From assembly GCA_934613415.1 (NCBI GenBank), contig CAKTSY010000003.1, positions 30,001 through 62,000 on the forward strand: a stretch of DNA of 32,000 nucleotides, read 5' to 3'. The DNA comes from an uncultured Opitutales bacterium. GTDB lineage: Bacteria; Verrucomicrobiota; Verrucomicrobiia; Opitutales; Intestinicryptomonadaceae. The notes beneath the pieces are model-generated. The model did no database searches. It saw nothing but the letters and a program-made list of their open reading frames with translations, and was not told the origin of the DNA. A program made the position numbers and the translations under genes. Each line of letters opens with the position of its first letter. Position 1 is the first letter of the stretch. This document shows, piece by piece, positions 7,966 to 17,603 of the stretch.

Positions 7966-9636
7966 TTAGTTTTCGCTTGTAGCAGAGCTTTCGCCGTTTT
8001 GTTCTGGCGCATTGTCTGCCTCATGCTCAGGTTGCTCAGACGCCGCTTGCGAGGGCAAGGGTTCGTCTTTTTCGCCAAGCTGCTGGGCGGCTTCGTCGGC
8101 ATTTTCGGCCTTGTTCTTCGGCTTTGGCAAATAGGGGTTTGCCTGCAAAGACGAGTCGGAATATTCAACAACATAGCCTTCCGATACCAACCAATGCAAC
8201 TCCGAAGCTATTTGGGCAAGCTTTGTTGCGTTTTCCTGCGAAATTGCAGGTTCCGCATTTTCGGGAACGGGCGCAACGGCGTCGGCAGATTGTGCCTCGG
8301 CTGCTTGCGATTCCTGCTCGGGCTGAACTGCTTGGGCGTTTTCCGCCTCTTTGCTTTCTACCTGAGACAGCAAAGACTGTTCTTTGTTTTCATTTGCCTT
8401 AAATTCCAATCCCATAAATTTATATGGCATTTCCTCGGCCTTAATGCCTGGGTTTGCCAAAATAAATTCGAATACGCTTTGGGGCAAATCCGAAAGCTTG
8501 TCGCCTTCAAAAAGGAACTTGCGGCGCACAGCCGAAACAAACGCAAAGCCCTTGTTGCCGCGCTTGTAAATTGCAAAGTTCGACCTGCGCAACCTGCCTC
8601 TTAAATTGTTTGCCGTATTAAGGGCAAACTTAAGCTGCATTTCCCTTTGGTTTACTATGTTGTCGCGTATTCTGCCCGCAGGAATTTTTGCTACGTTTAC
8701 GCCGCTAATTCTAACGTGGTCGTATGCAAAAACAAGGGTGTCGGTGTATTTTTGCGAAACGTAGGCTGCTGCCTTTTCGAAAGTATCGAAGGTTTCGCCT
8801 GTTTCCTTAAGTTTGTAGACAGTTGCCGTTTTCATATTGTCTACCCACTTTTGGATTTCTTCGGGGTCGTTGCTAGAGGTAATTCTTGCCAAATACTTTT
8901 CGTATGGAACGTTGGGGAATCTTTCCCTGTGGAACTCCTTTACATAGTCGGCATACTTATGCCAGTTTGGCGCGCCCAAAAGCTCGCCGCTGTAGCCGCA
9001 TTTGTGCACAACCAAAAAGTTGCCTTTGGGGGCTTCAACTTCTACCTGCACTTTGTCGAAAAGCTCGGCAACCTTTTCCTTAACGGCATAGGCCTTTGCG
9101 CTTTGCTCATCGTCGAAAGGGATATTAAAGGGCTGCGCGCAATAAACGGGGGCAACATTGCCGTCGGCATCGGGCAGATTCTTTGCAACAACAACGTAGC
9201 GTTCGGGCTTTTCCAAAATTATCTTTGCAATTTCAAAAAGCTGGTATGTGCGCTTTAAGCGGCGCAATAAATCGCTAAGCGTTGCAAAAGGCTCGTCTTC
9301 GGGATAGAAGTTAACTTCCATCGTAAAATTAAAGGGCTTTTTAAAATTGCCGCGCTTCTGGAATTTTTTGCCTTTAAAGGGTGCTTTAAATTCTTTCTTT
9401 TCGCCGTCGGGTCTGTCGGCAAACTTGCGGGGAGCGTCTTTGTCGAACTTCTTAAAGGGTTTGGAACTCTTAAAAGGCTTTCTTTTGCCCTTAAAATCTC
9501 TCTTAGCGAAAGGTTTGTCCGACAAATAGTCTTTTTTAGATGAGCCGGAGTCGGCCGGAGTCCATGCCGTGGAAAACTCAATGTTCTTGAGTTGGCTTAA
9601 ATCCACGTCTTGTTTGTTCAAGTTATCGTCTGCCAT
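7966..9636 (-). CDS. Hypothetical 556-aa protein with a basic Lys/Phe-rich N-terminal region and an acidic low-complexity C-terminus
   Basis: Long intact ORF with an ATG start (MADDNLNKQDV...), flanked by AT-rich gaps of 65 bp upstream and 107 bp downstream. By hand count, residues 33-104 contain about 22 Lys, 5 Arg and 12 Phe in KPF/KKF-type repeats. Residues 413-556 are Glu/Gln/Ala/Ser-rich. The central ~300 aa looks globular, but I do not recognise it. Confidence 0.7.
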   Translation of the reverse strand: MADDNLNKQDVDLSQLKNIEFSTAWTPADSGSSKKDYLSDKPFAKRDFKGKRKPFKSSKPFKKFDKDAPRKFADRPDGEKKEFKAPFKGKKFQKRGNFKKPFNFTMEVNFYPEDEPFATLSDLLRRLKRTYQLFEIAKIILEKPERYVVVAKNLPDADGNVAPVYCAQPFNIPFDDEQSAKAYAVKEKVAELFDKVQVEVEAPKGNFLVVHKCGYSGELLGAPNWHKYADYVKEFHRERFPNVPYEKYLARITSSNDPEEIQKWVDNMKTATVYKLKETGETFDTFEKAAAYVSQKYTDTLVFAYDHVRISGVNVAKIPAGRIRDNIVNQREMQLKFALNTANNLRGRLRRSNFAIYKRGNKGFAFVSAVRRKFLFEGDKLSDLPQSVFEFILANPGIKAEEMPYKFMGLEFKANENKEQSLLSQVESKEAENAQAVQPEQESQAAEAQSADAVAPVPENAEPAISQENATKLAQIASELHWLVSEGYVVEYSDSSLQANPYLPKPKNKAENADEAAQQLGEKDEPLPSQAASEQPEHEADNAPEQNGESSATSEN

Positions 9637-9701
9637 TATATCTGTTTACTATTGTTTTAAAATACTAAGTTGCTTAATCCAATCTTATTTCTTTAAATAC
9701 T

Positions 9702-11459
9702 TCAATCAGATTTTTTAATTTTTAGGGGTCTTTTGCAAAAGAATAGCGAACTATGGTAGTTTTTAGCCGCCAATTTAACGCCTTCGCCCTTAAGATTAAG
9801 GGCTGTCAAATCTCTATTGCGCGAAACTATCCACAACGCCTCGCCCGATTCTACAAGCTTTTTAAAGTCGCTTTCGGTTAAAAAGCGTTTTGCGTTTTCG
9901 CCTGCTTTCAGGTTATAGCCAAAAAGCTGCTCGTCGGGCGGGGTGTTTACCAAATACACAAATCTTTTTGTATATACGGGCATATCCTGAAACTCGTTGT
10001 AATTTCGGTATAAAACTATTTTTGCGCCGGAATTGTCTTTGTCGGCTAAAATGCACTTTGCAAAGTCTGCCGACGACGGCCTTTGAATGAGAGCCGCAAC
10101 GGGGTTAAAGCATAAGGTGAAAATGCCCGCCCCAATAAACGCCGAATATAAAGCCGCTTTTACATTGTTTTTAAGCAGACAAAGCATGCCTACAAGGGTT
10201 GGAATAAGCACCGCAAAAGACGCCGCCGAAAATACATACCAAGAAATTTCGGGCATATACATTCTGTCCTTTGCGTTTATTACATAACAAACTATTGGCA
10301 ATGCTATTGTGGCAATAAAACCGAGGGCTACTATTGCCCAAAGCGAAGCCTTTGGCCTTTTAACCGAGCCGCTTAAAACTTTGTCGAAAAAAGCCCCCAC
10401 AACAACCGCAAGCGCAGGGTATACGGAAATTATGTAGGGAATAAGTTTAGATTTTGAGATAGAGAAAAACAGCAAAACAAACGCCACCCATACGAACAAG
10501 AACAGAGTTTTTTTGTTGTTTTTTACAAAGTTTGCAATGCCGCCCTTAAATTCGTAGAAAAGGCTTTGTATGAACGCGGGCAACCACGGCAAAAGCCCTA
10601 TGGGGGCAAACACAAAGAAAAACCAGAATGGCTGGTAGCGCATACTTGTAGACGAGTCTATATAGCGCAAAAAGTGCTCGTGCATTATGTAGTACCACAA
10701 AAAGCCCTGCCCTGTCGGGTCTTTCGAGAAAAAGCTTGCGCCCTCTTGCGCGGGGGTTGCAATAGCCGCCAGTATATGCCAAGGCAACGCTATTGCCAAA
10801 AACAAAATCGCCCCGAAAAACAACGCCAGCCACTCGCTTTTTTTAAGATTTTTTACAAACTTTACGGGGTTGCAAAACAGCAAAAACAAAAAGATTACAG
10901 CGCACGGAATAAGCACGCCAATAAGCCCCTTTGTTAAAACCGCCAAAGCACAGAACACAAAAAACGCCAATATGTAAAGCGGCTTAAACTTGTCCTTAAA
11001 ATAGAACAGCATAAACGAAAACAATGCTCCTGAGATGAACACCGAAACCGTCATATCCAAAACAATAACCTGCCCTAGTGCGTAATAAAGATTGCTTGTT
11101 GCCAAAACAAGCCCCGCAAAGACGCCGGTTCTGCGATTATACAATAGAGAAACCGCCAAATATGTCAAAAGCACGCCAAGAATTGCAACCGCCGAATTTG
11201 CAAACCTCCATCCAAAGATATTCGAGCCGAACGTTTTTATGCTTGCCGCCTGCATCCAGTAAAACATTGGCGGCTTGTAAAAATACGGCATTCCGTTTAA
11301 AGTCGGGGTTACATAGTCGCCGCTTGCAACCATTTCGGTTGGTATTTCCACGTAGCGTCCCTCGTCGGGGTTTGCCAATGGTCTAAAACGCGAAAGCGCA
11401 AAAAAGGTTACAGCGCAAAAAAGCGTCAAAAAAATCAGGTCTAATATTTTTGTTTTCAT
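9702..11459 (-). CDS. Glycosyltransferase family 39 (ArnT / PMT_2-like undecaprenyl-phosphate-sugar-dependent transferase), polytopic membrane protein
   Basis: N-terminal motif typical of the ArnT/PMT family (LANPDEGRYVEIPTEMVASGDYVTPTLNGMPYFYKPPMFYW). It is followed by more than 10 hydrophobic helices and a soluble C-terminal domain. 585 aa. Confidence 0.8.
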   Translation of the reverse strand: MKTKILDLIFLTLFCAVTFFALSRFRPLANPDEGRYVEIPTEMVASGDYVTPTLNGMPYFYKPPMFYWMQAASIKTFGSNIFGWRFANSAVAILGVLLTYLAVSLLYNRRTGVFAGLVLATSNLYYALGQVIVLDMTVSVFISGALFSFMLFYFKDKFKPLYILAFFVFCALAVLTKGLIGVLIPCAVIFLFLLFCNPVKFVKNLKKSEWLALFFGAILFLAIALPWHILAAIATPAQEGASFFSKDPTGQGFLWYYIMHEHFLRYIDSSTSMRYQPFWFFFVFAPIGLLPWLPAFIQSLFYEFKGGIANFVKNNKKTLFLFVWVAFVLLFFSISKSKLIPYIISVYPALAVVVGAFFDKVLSGSVKRPKASLWAIVALGFIATIALPIVCYVINAKDRMYMPEISWYVFSAASFAVLIPTLVGMLCLLKNNVKAALYSAFIGAGIFTLCFNPVAALIQRPSSADFAKCILADKDNSGAKIVLYRNYNEFQDMPVYTKRFVYLVNTPPDEQLFGYNLKAGENAKRFLTESDFKKLVESGEALWIVSRNRDLTALNLKGEGVKLAAKNYHSSLFFCKRPLKIKKSD

Positions 11460-11469
11460 TATAAAAATT

Positions 11470-12744
11470 CTACAATTCGCCTATAGATTGCGAAACTATC
11501 TCGCAAGCTTTGTCTAAAGTGCCGCCAGAACACGAAAGCGACACAAACATACATTCAAAAGCCGAAGGCGCAAAATACAACCCCTTTTGCAGACATTTGT
11601 GAAAAAGCCTTGCATAAAGCGCGCTGTCAGACTTTACCGCGTCTTTAAAATTTAAAACTTCGTGCCCGGTAAAAAATACCGACATTAAAGAATCGACATA
11701 GTGCACTTGGGCTGCTATGCCCTTTTTAGCCAAAGCGTCTTTAAAACACTGCGCAAATTTTGCAGTGTTTGCCGCCAAAGTTTTGTAGGGGCAAATTTCG
11801 TCTATAAGTTTTAACGACGCAATGCCAGCCGCCATACAAACGGGGTTGCCGCTTAAAGTTCCCGCCTGATAAACATCGCCCAAAGGCGAAAGCTTTTGCA
11901 TAATTTCGCGCTTGCCGCAAAATGCGCCAACTGGCAGGCCTCCGCCAATGATTTTGCCCAAGGTTGTAAGGTCGGGCAAAACCCCCGTTTTGCGCTGCGC
12001 GCCGCCCTCGCCAAGCCTAAAGCCCGTAATAACCTCGTCGAAAATCAAAAGTGCGCCGTATTTTGTGCAGATTTGCCTTAGAGACTCCAAAAAATTGGGC
12101 TTTGGCAAAATCAAGCCGCAGTTTGCAGGGAAAGGCTCTAAAATTACCGCGGCAATTTCGTCGCCAAACCTTTCAAAAGTTTCCTTAACCTGTTCAATGT
12201 CGTTATAGTCTAAAACTATGGTAAGCTTTGCCAGGTCTTTGGGGATACCCGCCGAATCGGGGCTGCCGAATGTCAATGCGCCAGAGCCCGCCTTAACCAA
12301 TAGGCTGTCGGTATGCCCGTGGTAGCAACCCTCAAACTTTACAATCTTGTCGCGCTTAGTGTAGCCGCGGGCAAGCCTTACCGCGCTCATTGTGGCCTCC
12401 GTGCCCGAATTTACCATTCTTACCATTTCGGCGCTGTCTATTTTCGAGCATATAATTTCGGCAATTTCAACTTCGGCGGCACTGGGCGTGCCAAAGCTTG
12501 TGCCGTTTTGTACAGCGTCTAAAATGGCCTGCCTAATTTTCGGGTGGTTGTGCCCGAAAAGAGCGGGCCCCCAAGTAGACACAAAGTCTATTAAAGTTGC
12601 GTTGTCCTGCGTATATAAAAACGCCTTGTCGGCTTTTTTTGTAAAAAAGGGAATACCACCTACGCCCCTAAACGCCCTTACGGGAGAATTTACCCCCCCG
12701 GGGATTAGCTTTAAAGCTTTTTCGAAAAGTTCTTTGGAATTCAT
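11470..12744 (-). CDS. hemL: Glutamate-1-semialdehyde 2,1-aminomutase
   Basis: 424 aa. Diagnostic motifs: IPGGVNSPVRAF, NSGTEATMSAVRLARGYT, DEVITGFR, GKIIGGGLPVGAF, VYQAGTLSGNP. The start overlaps the nadE stop by 4 nt (ATGA at 12741-12744). Confidence 0.95.
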   Translation of the reverse strand: MNSKELFEKALKLIPGGVNSPVRAFRGVGGIPFFTKKADKAFLYTQDNATLIDFVSTWGPALFGHNHPKIRQAILDAVQNGTSFGTPSAAEVEIAEIICSKIDSAEMVRMVNSGTEATMSAVRLARGYTKRDKIVKFEGCYHGHTDSLLVKAGSGALTFGSPDSAGIPKDLAKLTIVLDYNDIEQVKETFERFGDEIAAVILEPFPANCGLILPKPNFLESLRQICTKYGALLIFDEVITGFRLGEGGAQRKTGVLPDLTTLGKIIGGGLPVGAFCGKREIMQKLSPLGDVYQAGTLSGNPVCMAAGIASLKLIDEICPYKTLAANTAKFAQCFKDALAKKGIAAQVHYVDSLMSVFFTGHEVLNFKDAVKSDSALYARLFHKCLQKGLYFAPSAFECMFVSLSCSGGTLDKACEIVSQSIGEL

Positions 12745-14366
12745 AAATTTGCCTCGAATACAACTGGAACGCGCCTGCCCGACCCGAAAGGCATTTCGCT
12801 TACAACCGCAACTATTGCGCCCTGCCTGCGTTTAAATTCGTTACGCATTACTTTTTTGGCAATATCGGCTACAAATTCTTCGCTTAAATTCAGGCTTTTT
12901 GCAATATATTCAACAGGCTTTTCGCCTTCTATATACAATCTTAAAATTGCGTCCAAAGTGTCGTAGTCGGGTAGCGAGTCGGAATCTTTTTGATTTGGAC
13001 GCAACTCCGCCGAAGGGGGTTTGTCTATGGTGTTTTGGGGGATAATCTCGCCGTTTTTGTTTATCTCTTTTGCCAAGCGGTATACATCGGTTTTATATAC
13101 ATCGGCAATGGGTGCAAACGAACCGCACATATCACCGTAAAGCGTGCAATAGCCTACGGCGCATTCGCTTTTATTGCCGGTGGTAAGCAACATACTGCCA
13201 AATTTGTTGGAAACCGCCATTAAAATGCTGCCCCTTGCCCTTGCCTGCAAGTTTTCTTCGGCAACCGAAGGCGGCAGGTTTGCAAACAAATCTTTTAATG
13301 CGTTCGAAAACGCGCAAACAGGCTCTGCAATCTTTACCGTATGAAACTCTATTCCCAAATTTTCCGCCAAACTTTTGGCGTCAGACTTGCTGTGCTCGCT
13401 GGAAATGCTTGAAGGTAGCGAAATGCCCATAACGTTTTCTTTCGACAACGCCTCTACAGCCAACGCCGCCACAACGGCAGAATCTATGCCGCCACTTAAA
13501 CCCAAAACCGCCTTTTTAAAGCCGCTTTTTTTAACAAAGTCGCGTATGGCCATAACAAGGGCGTTTTTTAAGTCGCCCATATCGGGAGCTTTAAAGTCAA
13601 CTTCGGGCAAATCTTCAAAAATATCTACAACAGCGCAATCTTCATCAAAGCTTTTAAGCTGGAAAACGCGCGCGCCCTTTGCCGAATATGCACAACTTGC
13701 GCCGTCGAAAACCGCTTCGTCGTTGCCGCCAACTAAGTTGCAAAAAACAACGGGTTTTTTAGTGCTTTTTGCAGTTTCGCGCAAAAGCTTTTCGCGCACA
13801 AGAGTATTTTGCATGGAAAATAGCGAAGCCGAAATGTTAATAACGCAGTCGGCGGTATATACAAAATCCAAGGGGCAAGGCTGCTTTTTATACTCTTTTG
13901 CATTCGGCAAAAAGTCGGCAGTCCAAATATCTTCGCAAATTGTTATTGCAAATTTCTTGCCCAAAAATTCCAAAACATTTGGTTTCCTTTCGCCACAGGC
14001 AAAAACGCGGGGTTCGTCGAACGCGCCGTAGTTGCAAAGCAAAACCTTGTCGGCAACCTTTTCGGGCGTGCCTTTGCGCAAAAAGTAGGCACTGTTGTAA
14101 ACTTTGCCGTTTTCGGCTCTAGGGCACCCCACAATGGCTGGCAGCGGAATTTCGGCGGCCAATTTTGCAAGGGCTTCCTGACACTTTTGCACATAATAAG
14201 GGCGTTTTAGCCAGTCTTTGGGGCTGTATCCGCAAACCGAAAGCTCCGGAAACACCACAAAAGCGGCTCCCGTTTCTTTTAGCTGCAAGCAGGCTTTTTT
14301 TATTTTTTCGGCGTTGTTTGCAAAGTCGCCAATTTTTGTGTTTATTTGTGCTATGCCGATTTTCAT
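12741..14366 (-). CDS. nadE: Glutamine-dependent NAD+ synthetase (CN-hydrolase domain + NAD synthetase domain)
   Basis: N-terminal nitrilase-type domain (MKIGIAQINTKIGDF ... VVFPELSVCGY ... ITICEDIW). C-terminal PP-loop domain (VLGLSGGIDSAVVAALA ... LLTTGNKSE). I prefer the ATG at 14366 (MKIGIAQ) over the ORF-track start at 14408. Confidence 0.93.
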   Translation of the reverse strand: MKIGIAQINTKIGDFANNAEKIKKACLQLKETGAAFVVFPELSVCGYSPKDWLKRPYYVQKCQEALAKLAAEIPLPAIVGCPRAENGKVYNSAYFLRKGTPEKVADKVLLCNYGAFDEPRVFACGERKPNVLEFLGKKFAITICEDIWTADFLPNAKEYKKQPCPLDFVYTADCVINISASLFSMQNTLVREKLLRETAKSTKKPVVFCNLVGGNDEAVFDGASCAYSAKGARVFQLKSFDEDCAVVDIFEDLPEVDFKAPDMGDLKNALVMAIRDFVKKSGFKKAVLGLSGGIDSAVVAALAVEALSKENVMGISLPSSISSEHSKSDAKSLAENLGIEFHTVKIAEPVCAFSNALKDLFANLPPSVAEENLQARARGSILMAVSNKFGSMLLTTGNKSECAVGYCTLYGDMCGSFAPIADVYKTDVYRLAKEINKNGEIIPQNTIDKPPSAELRPNQKDSDSLPDYDTLDAILRLYIEGEKPVEYIAKSLNLSEEFVADIAKKVMRNEFKRRQGAIVAVVSEMPFGSGRRVPVVFEANL

Positions 14367-14484
14367 TTTATACAATACGAATTTGCGCAATATACATAGA
14401 TAGGTCAAGAGATAAAAGGATTTTTAACCGCGCATTTTAAAGCCACAAAAGCTTGCCCCAAGCATGAGAAATAAAAATTTGCAT

Positions 14485-14520
14485 AAAAACAAAAACCCCC
14501 GCCTTACGGCAGGGGCTTTT
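14485..14520 (-). terminator. Rho-independent terminator after the TPR gene (minus strand)
   Basis: The minus strand reads aaaagcccctgcc-gtaa-ggcgggggtttttgttttt. This is a 9-bp GC-rich stem (two G-U pairs on the minus-strand RNA only), a GNRA-type GTAA loop and a long U-tract, 13 nt after the TAG at 14533-14535. Confidence 0.8.
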
Positions 14521-14532
14521 ATAAACGGCAAA

Positions 14533-15969
14533 CTACTTATTTTTATTTTCGTAGTAGGCGTTGATTTTCTTTGCAACGTCTTTGTAGTTAATATCCACAG
14601 CGTAGATTTCCTTATATTCGGAAATGGCGTCGTCTACCTTGCCCATAAGCTCGTAAACCTTGCCCAATTCGTAGATAATGTCCTTCTTTTGGTCGGTGAA
14701 AATTTTAATTTCGCCCTTTGCAACCTTAAGTTGGTCTACCGCCATATCATATTTTTTGCCAGCAACAAAAGCCATACCCAAGCCCAACAACGATTGCGAG
14801 CGCACTTTGGGGCTTTTTTGCGAAATCTGGAATTGCGCAATTGCGTCGTCCATACGGCCTTCTTCGTATAGCAAGTTGCCGTAAATGTAGCGATAGGTAA
14901 AGTCGTTGGGGTAGCGTTCAACCATAGTTTTTGCTGTTTCAAGCTTAAACGCGTGCAGTTTCGACTTAAGTTCGGCCAACGCCTTCGACTTTTGCTCGTC
15001 GGGGCTTTGTTCAATGTCGGCCTGCAAGGCTGCAATCTGCTTTTCGCTATCCAAAACAAACAAGTCGGCGTAAAGCTTTTCAAGCGAAGAGTCGGCCTGC
15101 CCCATGGGCTGCTGGCGCGCCTTTGCCAAAACTTCCAAAGCTTTGCCGTATTCTTTTAAGCCCTTTAGGTTTGTAATAATTTCCTTATACAAATTGATGT
15201 TTTCGGGGTCTTTTTCAACCTCTGCCGAAAGCTTTTCGACATTGTGGCGCATAGACTCTTCGTCGTTAACAAGCCTTGTTTCCTTTTCGCGCTCGGCGGC
15301 TTCGTCGGCACCCTTAAGGTTGTCCCTAAAGCTGCCTGTTTTCGATTCCTTCCACTTGTCCGACATAGTTTTTACAACGCTTGCCGAACGCATAATCGCC
15401 TGGGCGTCGCCGTTGCCGGGGCTTACCCTTAAAATTCTTTCGCCAACTTTAATTGCTTCGTCGGGCTGCAAAGCCTTAATCAAAGCATTGCCCAAAGAAA
15501 CGTACGAAGCCATATCCTTGGGGTTAAAGTCTACAATGTCTTCCCAAAATACAACGGCTGTAGGCCAATATTCTAGGCTTTCGGCGGCAAGGGCTGCCGA
15601 TTTCGAAACCAACTTGTTGTCGGGGTATTTTGCCAATTCCTTTTCGGCTGCGGCAATAATGTCTAGCTGGGCGTTTTTCTTCATTAACGAAGCCGCCTTT
15701 GCCGCAAAGAACAATCCGCTAATTTGCGCCGAAAACTTTTTAATGGGGTTGCCCTTGCCCATTTTGCTGAGCTGGGCCCTGTGCAAAACCTTGCGCACCG
15801 CCGAGCATGCTGGCACTTTTGTTAAAATTCCCATGCAAACGTCTATTGCATATTCGGGGTTGCCTTTGTCGATAGATTTTTCCGCAGCTTCAAGCTGTTT
15901 TATAAGACGCGGGTCTAGCGAATTTTTATCTGTATCTACAAATGGGGGTTTTTCTGTTTCTTCTGCCAT
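14533..15969 (-). CDS. Tetratricopeptide-repeat (TPR) protein, 478 aa, cytoplasmic
   Basis: All-helical sequence with several TPR-like 34-aa units (e.g. YIYGNLLYEEGRMDDAIAQFQISQKSPKV; LLGLGMAFVAGKKYDMAVDQLKVA; IYELGKVYELMGKVDDAISEYKEIYAVD). No signal peptide. It has its own 70-bp AT-rich upstream gap and a dedicated terminator. Confidence 0.75.
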   Translation of the reverse strand: MAEETEKPPFVDTDKNSLDPRLIKQLEAAEKSIDKGNPEYAIDVCMGILTKVPACSAVRKVLHRAQLSKMGKGNPIKKFSAQISGLFFAAKAASLMKKNAQLDIIAAAEKELAKYPDNKLVSKSAALAAESLEYWPTAVVFWEDIVDFNPKDMASYVSLGNALIKALQPDEAIKVGERILRVSPGNGDAQAIMRSASVVKTMSDKWKESKTGSFRDNLKGADEAAEREKETRLVNDEESMRHNVEKLSAEVEKDPENINLYKEIITNLKGLKEYGKALEVLAKARQQPMGQADSSLEKLYADLFVLDSEKQIAALQADIEQSPDEQKSKALAELKSKLHAFKLETAKTMVERYPNDFTYRYIYGNLLYEEGRMDDAIAQFQISQKSPKVRSQSLLGLGMAFVAGKKYDMAVDQLKVAKGEIKIFTDQKKDIIYELGKVYELMGKVDDAISEYKEIYAVDINYKDVAKKINAYYENKNK

Positions 15970-16039
15970 AGTGTTGTAGTTGTATATAAATATTTGGTAA
16001 ATGTTATAAAGATGTTCGTATGCTAAACTTTATTTCGGT

Positions 16040-17353
16040 TTACTGCAAGTCATTTTCAACCGACTTTTCCAAAATCTCCATACATTTTTGGTTTGTTTCG
16101 GGGCTTTTGCCTTCTACAAGCAGCCTTATTTTGTTTTCCGTACCCGAATAGCGAACCAAAATTCTGCCGAAATTGCCAAGCATATCGCGGCAAGTCTGCA
16201 TTGCGCCGTTAAGCGTTTTTGTTTGTTCGAACGGGGTTTTGCGGGCAACCTTAATCGCCTTCGAAACGCTGTCGAACATATCAACAATCTTTTGCGATTT
16301 TGAAAGGGGCTGCTTTGTTGCCAAAACAAGCGACAAAACTTTTAGGGCGGCGGCCAAACCGTCGCCGCAGGGCGAAATGTCCTCAAAAATAAAGTGTCCG
16401 GAATTTTCGCCGCCAATCTTGCAGTTTTCCTTAGCCATAAGCTGGGCAACAAGCCTGTCGCCTACGCCCGAGCGGAACACTTTTATGTTGCGCTTTTCAA
16501 GCGAGCTGTCTAACCCCAAGTTGCTTTGAACTGTTGTAACTATTTTGCCGCCCTTTTCGCCGTATTCGCTTACGGCAATCATAGCCATAATTTCTTCGCC
16601 CGAAATTATGTTGCCCAAATCGTCGCAAACAACAAGACGGTCGCCGTCGCCGTCGTGGGCAAAGCCTATTATCGAGTTGCTGCTTTTTGTAAGCTCGGCA
16701 ATCTTTTCGGGGTGCTGACTGCCTATGTTGTCGTTAATATTTTTGCCGTCGGGCGACACCCCTATTGCCGTAATGCTAGCTCCATACATTTCCAAAACGG
16801 GCTTTGTGGTGCAATAGGTTGCCCCGTTTGCGCAGTCTAGCGCAATTTTTACGCCCTTTAGACAGCCACTGGGCAAAATAGACGCCATTTTGTTTATGTA
16901 GGCGGTTTTGGCGTCTGCACTTTCTATTTTTGCGCAGCCCTCGGCAAAACGATTTTCGTCTACATACTGCTCTATTTTATCTTGCGCTTCGTCGGAAATC
17001 TTTTTTGCGCGGTTGTCGAAAAACTTTATGCCGTTGTCGGTATATGGATTGTGCGAAGCCGTTATAACAACGCCCAAGTCGCAGTTAAAATGCAAAACGC
17101 CGTAGGCGATTGCCGGGGTGGGCACCACGCCAAAATCCAAAACCAGACTTTTGCCCAAGCCTTTGCAAAATGCCGCCTTAAGCGCGTCTTTCGAATATCT
17201 TGTGTCGCTGCCTATGGCAATTTTTGGGTTTTCAAGCTTTAGGTCGCAACTTAAATACGCGCCAACCGCCCTCCCCAATTTTTCAAAAAATTCGGCGCAA
17301 ACATACTCCGAGCCGAAAGTTCCCCTAACACCGTCTGTTCCAAAATATTTCAT
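16040..17353 (-). CDS. glmM: Phosphoglucosamine mutase
   Basis: MKYFGTDGVRG N-terminus. Phosphoserine loop GVVITASHNPYTDNGIKFF. Metal site FAHDGDGDRL. GGENSGH sugar-binding motif. 437 aa. Confidence 0.94.
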   Translation of the reverse strand: MKYFGTDGVRGTFGSEYVCAEFFEKLGRAVGAYLSCDLKLENPKIAIGSDTRYSKDALKAAFCKGLGKSLVLDFGVVPTPAIAYGVLHFNCDLGVVITASHNPYTDNGIKFFDNRAKKISDEAQDKIEQYVDENRFAEGCAKIESADAKTAYINKMASILPSGCLKGVKIALDCANGATYCTTKPVLEMYGASITAIGVSPDGKNINDNIGSQHPEKIAELTKSSNSIIGFAHDGDGDRLVVCDDLGNIISGEEIMAMIAVSEYGEKGGKIVTTVQSNLGLDSSLEKRNIKVFRSGVGDRLVAQLMAKENCKIGGENSGHFIFEDISPCGDGLAAALKVLSLVLATKQPLSKSQKIVDMFDSVSKAIKVARKTPFEQTKTLNGAMQTCRDMLGNFGRILVRYSGTENKIRLLVEGKSPETNQKCMEILEKSVENDLQ

Positions 17354-17366
17354 ATTCAGTAAAATT

Positions 17367-17603
17367 TTACATATCGGGCATATTCTCGCGCAGAATATCG
17401 CCCAGCTCTTTCGGCGAAACCGTCTCTAACGCCTTGCCTTTGCGCTTTAAAGTTTCCATAGTTTTTATGGCGGTTTCGCTCATAGCCTCGTGCACTTCTT
17501 CGGTGCCGCCTACAATCGAAAAATTTTCAGCTTCGGTTATGCGCTTTTCGCCGTCGCTTTCGAAAGCCATACCAATTAAATGCGCTTTTTTCTTTGGTCT
17601 CAT
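17367..17603 (-). CDS. Small charged hypothetical protein (78 aa), translationally coupled to scpA
   Basis: The ATG at 17603 overlaps the scpA TGA stop (ATGA at 17600-17603). Sequence: MRPKKKAHLIGMAFESDGEKRITEAENFSIVGGTEEVHEAMSETAIKTMETLKRKGKALETVSPKELGDILRENMPDM. No TM segment or signal peptide. The longer ORF-track start (17666) would run 66 nt into scpA. Family not recognised. Confidence 0.55.
   Translation of the reverse strand: MRPKKKAHLIGMAFESDGEKRITEAENFSIVGGTEEVHEAMSETAIKTMETLKRKGKALETVSPKELGDILRENMPDM

Noticed and set aside
14367-14484. The ~120-nt leader upstream of nadE as a possible NAD-related riboswitch or other cis-regulatory RNA.
   Set aside because: I find only a weak 5-bp hairpin (gcttg-ccc-caagc at 14451-14463) and no motif I recognise from the NAD+ riboswitch classes. 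The region is most simply the nadE promoter following the TPR-gene terminator. A covariance-model scan (Rfam/Infernal) would settle it.
15104-15979. Long antisense ORFs opposite real genes: 15104-15979 (291 aa), 13375-14031 (218 aa), 7999-8604 and 8647-9258 (about 200 aa each), 5091-5549, 28451-28978 and 29801-30271.
   Set aside because: Each lies entirely within a gene on the other strand that has strong family motifs or much greater length. Their products are low-complexity, Ser/Leu/Arg/Cys-rich and non-protein-like. These are typical shadow ORFs.
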